Assembly: GCA_009773645.1 (NCBI GenBank)
Contig: WSYB01000009.1
Span: 1,480 to 65,479 of the forward strand
Reading direction: 5' to 3'
From: Geobacteraceae bacterium
GTDB taxonomy: Bacteria > Desulfobacterota > Desulfuromonadia > Geobacterales > Geobacteraceae
Length of the DNA: 64,000 bases
The translations under genes were made by a program, and so were the position numbers. Positions within the stretch are counted from its first letter, which is position 1. The number at the start of each line of letters is the position of its first letter. Of the stretch, positions 33,769 through 42,482 are shown one piece after another. The notes under the pieces are model-generated. The model saw only the letters and a list, made by a program, of their open reading frames with translations, was not told where the DNA came from and ran no database searches.

Positions 33769-34857
33769 CTAATACCCCTTCCCTTTGACAACCGTATAGA
33801 GACGGGTAACCCGAAACCAGAGCCAGGTGAGACAAGCCGCGGCCAGCCGGCCGGGAGGATGGTCGGTGAGGAGGTCGAGGTAGCGGTCATAAAAGGCCAG
33901 GATGGGGGTGTTCCCTTCACCCGGCGGGAGGCCGCGCCGGAAATTGCGCCGCACATCAAAGAAAAACGCCAGTTGCCAGGCGTTACGCCGCACATAGGCG
34001 CCCGTGGTATGCCAGAGGGAGAACCGCTCCCGGAGGGGCAAGGCATGTATTAGCCTGCTGATTTCAAGGAGCAGAGGAAAGAGCTGCAGCCGCCTTGTGC
34101 GGTCCTGAACCTGGTAAAGTCGAGGTATTTCCCGGAAAAACGGCTCCCATCCCATGGCGGCGAAGTTCATCAGGATGGCGTTCAGGGTCTGGCGCTCCCA
34201 GAGTCCTTCCGTTTCCAGTCTGCGGGCTGAAGTGTTTATCTCGGCCGGGAGCAGCAGCCACTTCCCCCGGAGGCGAATCGCCTCGGCGAGGCGCGTCTCT
34301 GCCACCATGGGGAGCGATTCATCAAAAGGTCCCACACACTGAAAAAACCCGCGCCGCATTAAAAACCCTTGGTCGCCGTGGGTGCATTCCCGAAGGTCAA
34401 GGCGGGCTTTGCATTCGTAATAGTAATATCCCAGGGAAGGCGTGCCGGTGCTGCGATTGAAACGAAGGGCAAAGTGTCCCGCCACCCCCTCGGACCCCTG
34501 TGCCGCTACCGCCGCGTCAAGGGCATCCAGCCCCTTGCGCAGGGCAAAGCTGTCGGTGAAGGTGGAGTCGGCATGGAGGAACAGAAGGGTCGGTCCGCGG
34601 CTGACGGCGGCGCCGGCATTCATCTGTCGTCCGCGCCCTTGCCCTCCTGAAACCACAGTCACCGACAGCCGGTGCTCTTCGGCCAGCCGGCGCGCCAGTT
34701 CCGGTGTTCCGTCCGTCGATCCTCCGTCACTTATGGCGACTTCCAGGGTCACGTCCTTCTGGCCTGCCAGGGTGCGGAAAAGTTCAGGCAGGAGTTGCGC
34801 CTCGTTCAGGACGGGGACAATGACCGAGATGTGCGGGTTGCTATCGAATGGTGTCAT
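33769..34857 (-). CDS. Family 2 glycosyltransferase with a C-terminal extension of about 130 aa
   Basis: ISVIVPVLNE, ISDGGSTDGT and FLHADS (DxD-like region). The C-terminal third is hydrophobic/Arg-rich with no family I recognise. Confidence 0.8.
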   Translation of the reverse strand: MTPFDSNPHISVIVPVLNEAQLLPELFRTLAGQKDVTLEVAISDGGSTDGTPELARRLAEEHRLSVTVVSGGQGRGRQMNAGAAVSRGPTLLFLHADSTFTDSFALRKGLDALDAAVAAQGSEGVAGHFALRFNRSTGTPSLGYYYYECKARLDLRECTHGDQGFLMRRGFFQCVGPFDESLPMVAETRLAEAIRLRGKWLLLPAEINTSARRLETEGLWERQTLNAILMNFAAMGWEPFFREIPRLYQVQDRTRRLQLFPLLLEISRLIHALPLRERFSLWHTTGAYVRRNAWQLAFFFDVRRNFRRGLPPGEGNTPILAFYDRYLDLLTDHPPGRLAAACLTWLWFRVTRLYTVVKGKGY

Positions 34858-34998
34858 GGGCGCCGATGGAAGATTTGGGCTAAATTTTTTCCCTGCCGGA
34901 CCGAATAGTAATGCAGAACGCAGACGATATAAAGCAAATTTGCAGGGATTTCCCGTAGAGCAGGTGGAATCCCCGGACGCTGCTGGTGGAGGGATTAT

Positions 34999-35709
34999 AT
35001 GAGTAAGCCGAAAATTCTTCTGGTGGATGACGTAAATCTGATACTGGAGCTGGAGAAGAGTTTCCTGAGATATTCGCCGGTGCGCATCTTTACCGCCCGT
35101 GACGGGGAGGAAGCCCTGGCGGCTGTAAAGCGTGAACGTCCCAATCTGATCTTCATGGACCTGAATATGCCGAAGATGGACGGCCCTACGTGCTGTGCAA
35201 CCCTTAAAGCGGATCCGGAATTCCGTTCCATACCGGTCATCATGGTCACGACCGCCGGAAAAGAAGAGGACGAGGCCCTTTGCAGGCAGGCCGGCTGTGA
35301 TGATTACCTGACCAAGCCGATAGATCGGCGGATTTTTCTGGAGAAGGGGCGCAGGTTCCTCCCCTATATTGACCGGCGCGAGTTGAGAGCCCCCTGCAGG
35401 ACACAGGTCAGTTTCCAGCGGGGCGATGAGGCACGGGTCGGGATAAGCGAGGATATCAGCGTCGGGGGCATTTACGTGGTCGCTGACGGAACCCCCGAGG
35501 CGGAAAGCCGGCTCTTTCTTTCATTTGTCCTGCCTGACGCCATCGGGACGCCGATCGAGGCGAAAGGCCGCGTTGCCTGGGAGAACGGCAGTGACAAGCG
35601 GAAAAAGCCCCAGCTGCCGTCCGGCTTCGGTGTGGAGTTTACCGATATCGAGGAGGATGCGGTCGGTTTCATCAGGGCTTTCGTGGAAGGGACGAAGTTC
35701 AAGCCCTGA
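34999..35709 (+). CDS. Response-regulator receiver fused to a PilZ domain
   Basis: REC: KILLVDD...IFMDLNMPKMDG...TKP. C-terminal RRELRAP...ISEDISVGGIYV... fits the PilZ RxxxR / DxSxxG pattern. Confidence 0.85.
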   Translation: MSKPKILLVDDVNLILELEKSFLRYSPVRIFTARDGEEALAAVKRERPNLIFMDLNMPKMDGPTCCATLKADPEFRSIPVIMVTTAGKEEDEALCRQAGCDDYLTKPIDRRIFLEKGRRFLPYIDRRELRAPCRTQVSFQRGDEARVGISEDISVGGIYVVADGTPEAESRLFLSFVLPDAIGTPIEAKGRVAWENGSDKRKKPQLPSGFGVEFTDIEEDAVGFIRAFVEGTKFKP

Positions 35710-35742
35710 TCGAAAAACACCGCTCACAACAGTAACAACACC

Positions 35743-35776
35743 AAAAAGGCCGCCGGAAGAATCCGGCGGCCTTTTT
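35743..35776. terminator. Bidirectional rho-independent terminator
   Basis: aaaaaggccgccgga-agaa-tccggcggccttttt. Perfect 10-bp GC stem flanked by an A-run and a T-run. Confidence 0.85.
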
Positions 35777-35813
35777 GCTTGCCCGGTACGGCGGTTCCTG
35801 TTATAAATTCCCC

Positions 35814-36368
35814 ATGAAACAGCAGGTGCGGGTATCCCTCTGGGAAATATTCAAGGCGTTCTTTTTCATCGGCGCCACCGGTTTTGGCGGCGGGATGGCG
35901 ATAGTTTCCCTTACCGAGCGCTACTGCGTGCATGAAAAGAAATGGATCGGCCTGGATGAATTCATGCACGGCCTCGCATTCGGGCAGATACTCGGCCCCT
36001 TTTCCCTCAACACCTCCACCTTCGTCGGCTGCTATCTTCGCGGCGGGGTTGGCGGCATAACCGCGGCAGTCGGTTTCATACTCCCGTCCTTCTGTCTCAT
36101 CTCCCTCCTCTCCTGGCTCTATTTCAGGTTCCATGAAGTGCCGGAGCTCCAATCAGCGCTGCGGGGGACAAATCCGGTAATCATCGGCCTTATTCTGGTG
36201 GCTGCAGCGGGCATGACAAAGGCCAAGGTGAAGGGGGCCGGCGGCTGGTCCATGGCGCTCATCGCCTTTGCTGCCGCGGCTTTCTTCAAGATCAGCGCCC
36301 TGACCATTCTGGTGCTGGCCGGCCTCTGGTCCCTGATAAAAGCGTACTACCTGCGGGAGCACGCCTGA
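35814..36368 (+). CDS. chrA: Chromate transporter family protein, half-size, first of a pair
   Basis: FFFIGATGFGGGMAIV CHR-domain signature. Multi-TM. Confidence 0.85.
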   Translation: MKQQVRVSLWEIFKAFFFIGATGFGGGMAIVSLTERYCVHEKKWIGLDEFMHGLAFGQILGPFSLNTSTFVGCYLRGGVGGITAAVGFILPSFCLISLLSWLYFRFHEVPELQSALRGTNPVIIGLILVAAAGMTKAKVKGAGGWSMALIAFAAAAFFKISALTILVLAGLWSLIKAYYLREHA

Positions 36369-36889
36369 TGGCCGGAATAGTGAAGCTGGCGTGGGTCTTC
36401 CTGAAGATCGGTCTGATCTTCTTCGGCGGCGGTTATGTCCTCATTCCGCTCCTGCACCGCATCATGGTCGATCAGTTCCATTGGCTGACGCTGAAGGAGT
36501 TCCTGGACGGCCTGGCCCTGTCTCAGCTTACCCCCGGCCCCCTCGCCATGCTTGCGACCTTTACCGGTTACAAAGCCGGCGGCCTTGCCGGGGCGCTGGT
36601 TGCCACGGTGTTCATCTTCCTTCCCTGCACGGTTCTGATGCTCGCCATTTCAAACAGGTATGAGAAATTTCGCAATATCGACCTGATTAAAAACACCCTG
36701 GACGGCATCCTGCCGGCAATCGTCGGTCTGGTGGCGGCTGCTGCCTACAGCCTGGGGAAGACATCGCTTTTTACCGCGCGGGATTTTGTCCTGCTGGTGG
36801 CCGGTTTCCTTATTCTCCAATTCACCAGGGTAAGCCCGATGTTTGTGATCCTGGGCGCGGGTGCGGTGGGACTGGTTTTTCATTTCTAG
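36368..36889 (+). CDS. chrA: Chromate transporter family protein, half-size, second of a pair
   Basis: FLKIGLIFFGGGYVLIPLL and QLTPGP motifs. Its ATG overlaps the upstream TGA (TGATG). Confidence 0.85.
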   Translation: MAGIVKLAWVFLKIGLIFFGGGYVLIPLLHRIMVDQFHWLTLKEFLDGLALSQLTPGPLAMLATFTGYKAGGLAGALVATVFIFLPCTVLMLAISNRYEKFRNIDLIKNTLDGILPAIVGLVAAAAYSLGKTSLFTARDFVLLVAGFLILQFTRVSPMFVILGAGAVGLVFHF

Positions 36890-37105
36890 CCCCGCTTTTC
36901 TCCCGAGGCGCATTCCGCCGGCTATTCCTGCCCGATGTACCACCCTCTTTGGCCTGCCTGTACAGTTGTTTCCGCAGATATGAGACATTATTAAAACGTT
37001 GCATAAAAAATTTGAAAATATGTTAAAATGTGTAAGTTCAGTAAAGGGAAAACGGGTATTATCCGATACGATATTAAAAACCATAAAAATGAAATTGGAG
37101 AAGAT

Positions 37106-39187
37106 ATGACGAGCCCAAAGAGTTCAAAACCCAATCAAAGGAATTCCGCACTCAACCATCACCTGACCGCCGTCAAGGAAGGGAGCCGGCGCTTTGAAAA
37201 CGCTTTCCAGGGGGTGGCCCGGATGATCCTGGATGACGAGATCGAAAAGGTCGTCGTGAACGGCAAGACCACGTACGACTTCAAGATATTCCGTACCGGG
37301 AAAAAGCACACCATCGGCATGTACGACGAAATCAACAGCTTCGTTTCCTTCGCCAAGGATTCAGCCGAGGGGGGATCATCCAAGGAAATGGCCTTTGTCC
37401 TCGTCGGCGAACCGGGAAACGGCAAGACCTTCTTTGTGGAGCTGCTCTGTGCCAAGTATCGCGCGTTCATTTCCCGTGATGAAAACCGCAGGTACACCTT
37501 CAGGTTCATCAATATGGATAAGCTTGGTCATTACGGGAGAATCACCACCATCGAATCCCAGACCTATGAAGATCCCATGATCCTTGCCATGAACCTCTTT
37601 GAGGAGCGGGACCGGAATACGGCCTATCTTGCCGAACATGGCGGTTTTACGGACGGGGAAATCGAGAAGCTCTACGAGAACTACCGCCCCATGGGGGCCT
37701 GCAGCGGCTACATCTGGAACGATATCCGCACCTTCACCGATGGCGACATCAACGAGATGCTCTCGTTCATCGAGATCATCCCGGTACCCCTGAGCGAGAG
37801 CCTGGGGACCGTAACCGGAAAATATCCGGCGAAGGACAAGATCACCTCCTCCGCCGTGGACCTCCTCGGGGAAGAGTCGATCCAGCGCCTTTTGCACATC
37901 ACCGACACCAACAACCCGTACCGCTTCGATCTGCGACGTGGCGCCCTGGCACGGGTAGCAGGCGGAGGGATTCATTTCAGCGACGAGATATTCAAGAACA
38001 AGAAGGACCTGGTCCAGGTCTACCTTGGGGTGATCCAGAACCGCGCCATTGAAATCGACGGTTACAAATGGCCCATCGATACCCTGATCATAGCCACCAG
38101 CAACAACTCCGAGTTCAACCGGTTCCTGGCCGAAAAGGAAGAAGCGCCGATCGTGGACCGGTGCCGGATCTGCTATGTGTCCCACAACACCAACTACCGG
38201 ATGCAGGAAGGTTTGACCGCCTATGCCATCGGGAGCGAAGCCAAGACCACCTTGACCAAGGAAGCGCTCCACCAGGACCCCAACCTGAATTACGCGGCGT
38301 CGGTGGCGGTGGTCCTGACCCGTCTTCCCCGCTCCGAAAAGCTCACCCCCATCGAGACCATGAAGCTGGCCGCCGGTGAAGTGGCCGGGGAAAAGAGCAT
38401 CAAGACACTGGCCGAGGTCATCGACACCCTGAGCCAGGACCCGGATATCACGAAACGTTTCGGGCAGAAGGGGATGGGACACCGGAACCTCGGTCGGGCC
38501 ATCCAGCTGCTGGGCGAAAGCTCCGAGACCAACGAGGGGCGGTGCATGGTCGCCTATGATGTCTTCAAGACCGTCGAACGGGTGGTCCTGGATTATGTGG
38601 TGGATGCCAATGAGCGGGCCAAGTACCTGGATGACCTCAAGATAGCGAAGGGGATGTATCGCGAACGGATCATGACCGAGATGTTCAACGCGTATATGGA
38701 TGAGCCGTTTGCCATTCGCAAGGATGTCATGAACTATGTGAACATGATCATCGGCATTGACGCGGAAAACCTGGGGCCGGACAAGATGTGGAAATACAAA
38801 GACCCCCAGAGCGGAGAGCTGAAAGCGCTCAAAATCGACGAACGTTACGTGAAGAGCGTCGAAGAGCGGATCGGGCTCAAGACCGAGGAGCAGCGCGAGT
38901 CGTTCCGGACGTCCATCCGGAAAATTTACGGGCAGCGGATATCCGTCGATCCCAACTATGATTTCATGGACAACCTGGAGCTGGTCAAGGCGGTCACCGA
39001 TGTCCGGCTCAAATCGGACATCGCCGGGGCAGGGAGCCTCATCGGCGCGCTGGCCAACCGCACCAACGAGGAAAACCAGAAGCTGTACGACCGGATGATC
39101 ACTACCATGCTGAACAAGCTGGGCTATTGTCGGACCTGCGCGCAGAAGACCATAGAATACTTCTGCACGCAAGAAGACGAAGCTTAA
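37106..39187 (+). CDS. prkA: PrkA-family AAA+ serine protein kinase
   Basis: P-loop GEPGNGKTFF. C-terminal PrkA-type region. Followed by yeaH-like and spoVR genes. [10 protein letters not shown] upstream of the ATG at 37106. Confidence 0.9.
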   Translation: MTSPKSSKPNQRNSALNHHLTAVKEGSRRFENAFQGVARMILDDEIEKVVVNGKTTYDFKIFRTGKKHTIGMYDEINSFVSFAKDSAEGGSSKEMAFVLVGEPGNGKTFFVELLCAKYRAFISRDENRRYTFRFINMDKLGHYGRITTIESQTYEDPMILAMNLFEERDRNTAYLAEHGGFTDGEIEKLYENYRPMGACSGYIWNDIRTFTDGDINEMLSFIEIIPVPLSESLGTVTGKYPAKDKITSSAVDLLGEESIQRLLHITDTNNPYRFDLRRGALARVAGGGIHFSDEIFKNKKDLVQVYLGVIQNRAIEIDGYKWPIDTLIIATSNNSEFNRFLAEKEEAPIVDRCRICYVSHNTNYRMQEGLTAYAIGSEAKTTLTKEALHQDPNLNYAASVAVVLTRLPRSEKLTPIETMKLAAGEVAGEKSIKTLAEVIDTLSQDPDITKRFGQKGMGHRNLGRAIQLLGESSETNEGRCMVAYDVFKTVERVVLDYVVDANERAKYLDDLKIAKGMYRERIMTEMFNAYMDEPFAIRKDVMNYVNMIIGIDAENLGPDKMWKYKDPQSGELKALKIDERYVKSVEERIGLKTEEQRESFRTSIRKIYGQRISVDPNYDFMDNLELVKAVTDVRLKSDIAGAGSLIGALANRTNEENQKLYDRMITTMLNKLGYCRTCAQKTIEYFCTQEDEA

Positions 39188-39211
39188 AAAGATAGGCTTA
39201 ATCAACCAAAA

Positions 39212-39327
39212 GCTAAATCCCCCCCCGGCCCCCCTTTCCAAAAGGGGGGGTATTTAGCTTTCCCCTTTACAAAAAGGGGATTACTTTAACTTCCCCCTTT
39301 CGTAAAGGGGGATTGAGGGGGATTTAA
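39212..39327. repeat. CCCCCTTT(N)AAAGGGGG multi-hairpin element, copy 2 (three hairpins)
   Basis: gctaaatccccccccggcccccctttccaaaagggggggtatttagc, then tttcccctttacaaaaagggga, then ttccccctttcgtaaagggggattgagggggattt. Confidence 0.85.
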
Positions 39328-39346
39328 AATAGGCGCAATAATCACT

Positions 39347-40708
39347 ATGAACCCGAAACTCATTGAATTATTTAACAAAATAAAAGAAAAAGGCCTTACC
39401 CCCGAGCGGGAAGAACGGCTTCTGGCGGAGCTCCATTTCGAAGGGGCTCACGGAATTCCGGGGAAACCGGCCGGCGGGGGGATCGTTCCCAGTATATATG
39501 AGCAGAACGATCTGTCCGTGCTGCAAGAGATGCCGGCGCCCCATGCCGCTTACACGACCTGTCTCCACTCCCTGGATGAGCTGCTGGAGCGGGATCTGCG
39601 GCGTGAAGAAGACGGATTCCCGCGGAAAATAAGGGTGGGACGTTTGATCAAGCCCGGCAGGGGGGGGAAGGACAAGGTTGTGGTCGTCCCCACCACGGTG
39701 GAGGAAAAATTTATCCACGATAACGTCATTGCCCCTTCTGAAGAAGGCGGCGCCTCGGGCGGGACGGGAGAAGGCGAAGAGGGAGAAATCATAGGCGAGC
39801 AGCCGGTGCGTCCCACAGAGGAGCCCGGCGCGGGCGGTGCCGGACAAGGGGAAGGGGAGTCGCATGAGATGGAGTCCAGCGCCTATGAGCTGGGGAGGAT
39901 CCTCACGGAAAAATTCCAGCTCCCCAACCTCAAGGAGAAGGGGAAAAAGCGTTCCTTCACCCGTTATACCTACGACCTGACCGACAGGAACCGCGGATTC
40001 GGCCAGGTTCTCGATAAAAAGGCGACGCTGCGCAAGATTCTGGAAACCAACATCAATCTGGGGAATATCCCCGATGTGGGGGATGTCGATACGACCCGTT
40101 TCCTGGTCTCCCCCCGCGACAGGATTTATCGCATCCTCTCCCGTGAAAAGGATTACGAGTCCCAGGCCATGGTCTTTTTCCTGAGGGACTACTCCGGCTC
40201 CATGATGGGCAAGGTCACCGAACTGGTGGCGACCCAGCACGTGATGATCTACAGCTGGCTTCTCTATCAGTATGCCCGGCAGGTGGAATCGCGCTTCATC
40301 CTCCATGATACCGAGGCCAAGGAAGTGCCGGACTTCTACACCTATTACAACTCGAAAGTGGCCGGCGGAACGCAGGTGTCCTCTGCCTACCGTCTGGTGA
40401 ACGAAATCGTGGCGAAGGAAAACCTGGCAAGGGACTACAATGTCTACGTTTTCCACGGCACCGACGGCGATGACTGGGACAGCGGAGGGGAAGAGGCCAT
40501 TCCTGAGCTGAAAAAGATGCTCACCTATACGAGCAGGGTCGGCGTTACCATCGCGGAGCACGGTTACAGCCATAACACCGAAGTGGAGAATTATCTGAAG
40601 GGTTCGGGGCTTCTGAACGAGAAGCCGGACCTCCTCCGGCTCGATGTCATGGGGGAAGACTCGGATGAGCCGAGGCTTATCGAGGGAATAAAGAAGCTTA
40701 TTTCTTAG
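39347..40708 (+). CDS. YeaH/YhbH family protein (DUF444, vWA-like)
   Basis: Acidic Gly-rich insert, then RDYSGSMMG (MIDAS-like DxSxS region) and HGTDGDDWD. Position between prkA and spoVR. Confidence 0.85.
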   Translation: MNPKLIELFNKIKEKGLTPEREERLLAELHFEGAHGIPGKPAGGGIVPSIYEQNDLSVLQEMPAPHAAYTTCLHSLDELLERDLRREEDGFPRKIRVGRLIKPGRGGKDKVVVVPTTVEEKFIHDNVIAPSEEGGASGGTGEGEEGEIIGEQPVRPTEEPGAGGAGQGEGESHEMESSAYELGRILTEKFQLPNLKEKGKKRSFTRYTYDLTDRNRGFGQVLDKKATLRKILETNINLGNIPDVGDVDTTRFLVSPRDRIYRILSREKDYESQAMVFFLRDYSGSMMGKVTELVATQHVMIYSWLLYQYARQVESRFILHDTEAKEVPDFYTYYNSKVAGGTQVSSAYRLVNEIVAKENLARDYNVYVFHGTDGDDWDSGGEEAIPELKKMLTYTSRVGVTIAEHGYSHNTEVENYLKGSGLLNEKPDLLRLDVMGEDSDEPRLIEGIKKLIS

Positions 40709-40793
40709 GAGCGAGGAATGAGGAACGAGGAGCCAGGAATAAGGAACAAGGAACAAGAAAAGCCTTTAACCTCGATCCTTTTGCCTCGAACCT
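40708..40793. repeat. Degenerate GAGGAAN/AAGGAAC array facing CCTCGANCC units (intercistronic hairpin-type repeat)
   Basis: ggagcgaggaatgaggaacgaggagccaggaataaggaacaaggaacaag ... cctcgatccttttgcctcgaacc. Begins at the last base of the yeaH-like stop codon. Confidence 0.6.
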
Positions 40794-40803
40794 GATCTTA
40801 ATT

Positions 40804-42438
40804 ATGGAACTGATCAATCAGCATACGAAAAATATCATGGAAGGGTGCAAGGAGAGGGCGCGCAAGGCGGGCCTTTCCTTTCAGGACGAAACCCTGGAAT
40901 ATATCGTGACCAACCGCGACCTCCTGGAGCTCTCGCCCAAGGTGATGATCCCGACCCTTTACGACTACTGGGTGCACGACGTTGACGTCCTGAAAGAAAA
41001 GGGGAAGTACGAGCTGTATCCCCACAATCCCTATGAAACCGTCATCAACACCCGGCCCCCCATCTCCTTTTACAATGACAACAACCCGGACTGGCTGAAC
41101 GTGATGATCTTTTACCACGTCCTGGCCCATATCGATTTTTTCCAGAACAATCTCTATTTCCGCCATACCTGGGACTACGATTTTAACGGCCAGGCACTTT
41201 CGGACAAACGGACCATCGCCAAGCTCAGGGCGGAAAAGGGGCGGTGGGTGGACTACGTGATCGAATTTGCGCGCGGCATTGATAATCTCGTGGGGTATCA
41301 CAGCGAGTTGTCGCGGCTCCACCGTCCCCCCGCGACCAACCGGTCAAAACGTCTCGATTTTTACTTCGACGTCTTCCTGCAGTCCGTGAAAAAAGTGTCT
41401 GTCACCGAATATGTCAAGGAAATAGAGAGGTACAACGACAGTATCAAGAACTTCGGAAAGCAGGGGGAGAAGACGTTCTTCGCCGACGCGGAGCGGAAAT
41501 ACCCTGAACTGGAGGCGCTTTTCACCAGGAGCCTGGGTGAAAAAGCGAACCACCGAAGGGATCTGATGCAGTTCATGATGGACCATTCCGAGTTCCTGAA
41601 GAAGGATGCGAATACGTGGATGAAATCGGTAATGGAGGTGGTGCGCAAGACCTCCATCTTTTTCCAGCCGCAGATCCGGACGAAGATCATGAATGAAGGG
41701 TGGGCCAGTTACTGGCATGACCGGCTCTTCATGCAGGATGACCGTATCCGGGGGCATGAGGTGGATTATGCCCGGATCAATGCCGGGGTCACCGCCATGC
41801 CGCGCGTGGGACTGAACCCCTATGCGCTCGGGATGCGCCTCTTTTCCCATATTGAAGAAACAGCCGATAAGGGGAGATACACCTTTGACTTCCTGCGACT
41901 CTCTGACGCGGAAGCGCGGGAAGAGTTCGATACCGTCACCGGCGAGGGACAAAAGTATATCTTCAGTGTCCGGGAAAATCTGTGCGACTTCACGTTTATA
42001 AAGACCTTTGTGGAGCAGGATTTCATCAACGAGCACAAACTGTTTGTGGCCGGGAAGAGGTTGAACCAGGGGAGGATGGTGTGGGAGTATTATGTCAAGA
42101 GCCGCAAAGCGGATGTGTATCGCCGGATGGTTCTCGATTCACTCTATCATCCCCCATTCATTGAGGTGGACCCGAAAAAAACCGCCGGCAACACCCTCTA
42201 TCTCGTCCATCACTTCGAGGGGAAACCGCTGGTAAAGGAATACATCGCCAATACCATGATGGGGATCGAATATCTCTGGGGCGGCCCGGTCCAGTTGGAG
42301 ACGAGCGTGGTAGAGGCCGAATTGCCGGCGCAGGAGTCGGCTGCGATGGTGGAAGAGACGGAACCCCGCATAAAATGGTGCCGGGTCCTGTATACCATGA
42401 AGGAGCGGCAGCTTTCGCAACAACAAATAGAAACGTGA
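40804..42438 (+). CDS. spoVR: SpoVR family protein
   Basis: 544 aa. YHVLAHIDFFQNN, NEGWASYWH and a conserved C-terminal LYLVHHFEGKPL-type region. Confidence 0.9.
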   Translation: MELINQHTKNIMEGCKERARKAGLSFQDETLEYIVTNRDLLELSPKVMIPTLYDYWVHDVDVLKEKGKYELYPHNPYETVINTRPPISFYNDNNPDWLNVMIFYHVLAHIDFFQNNLYFRHTWDYDFNGQALSDKRTIAKLRAEKGRWVDYVIEFARGIDNLVGYHSELSRLHRPPATNRSKRLDFYFDVFLQSVKKVSVTEYVKEIERYNDSIKNFGKQGEKTFFADAERKYPELEALFTRSLGEKANHRRDLMQFMMDHSEFLKKDANTWMKSVMEVVRKTSIFFQPQIRTKIMNEGWASYWHDRLFMQDDRIRGHEVDYARINAGVTAMPRVGLNPYALGMRLFSHIEETADKGRYTFDFLRLSDAEAREEFDTVTGEGQKYIFSVRENLCDFTFIKTFVEQDFINEHKLFVAGKRLNQGRMVWEYYVKSRKADVYRRMVLDSLYHPPFIEVDPKKTAGNTLYLVHHFEGKPLVKEYIANTMMGIEYLWGGPVQLETSVVEAELPAQESAAMVEETEPRIKWCRVLYTMKERQLSQQQIET

Positions 42439-42469
42439 AGAATGAAGGGTGAAGTTTCACCATTCACGA
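42435..42469. repeat. GTGAAG-unit hairpin between spoVR and the prkA-like gene
   Basis: gtgaagaatgaagggtgaag-ttt-caccattcacg. The spoVR TGA (42436-42438) lies within the first unit. Confidence 0.6.
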
Positions 42470-42482
42470 GGATTACATAGAT

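Noticed and set aside
37376-39241. 621-aa ORF antisense to prkA, and the 462-aa ORF at 39368-40756 antisense to the yeaH-like gene
   Set aside because: These ORFs show no domain signatures and have biased G/R/P/L/V composition. The sense-strand genes have clear family motifs and operon context.
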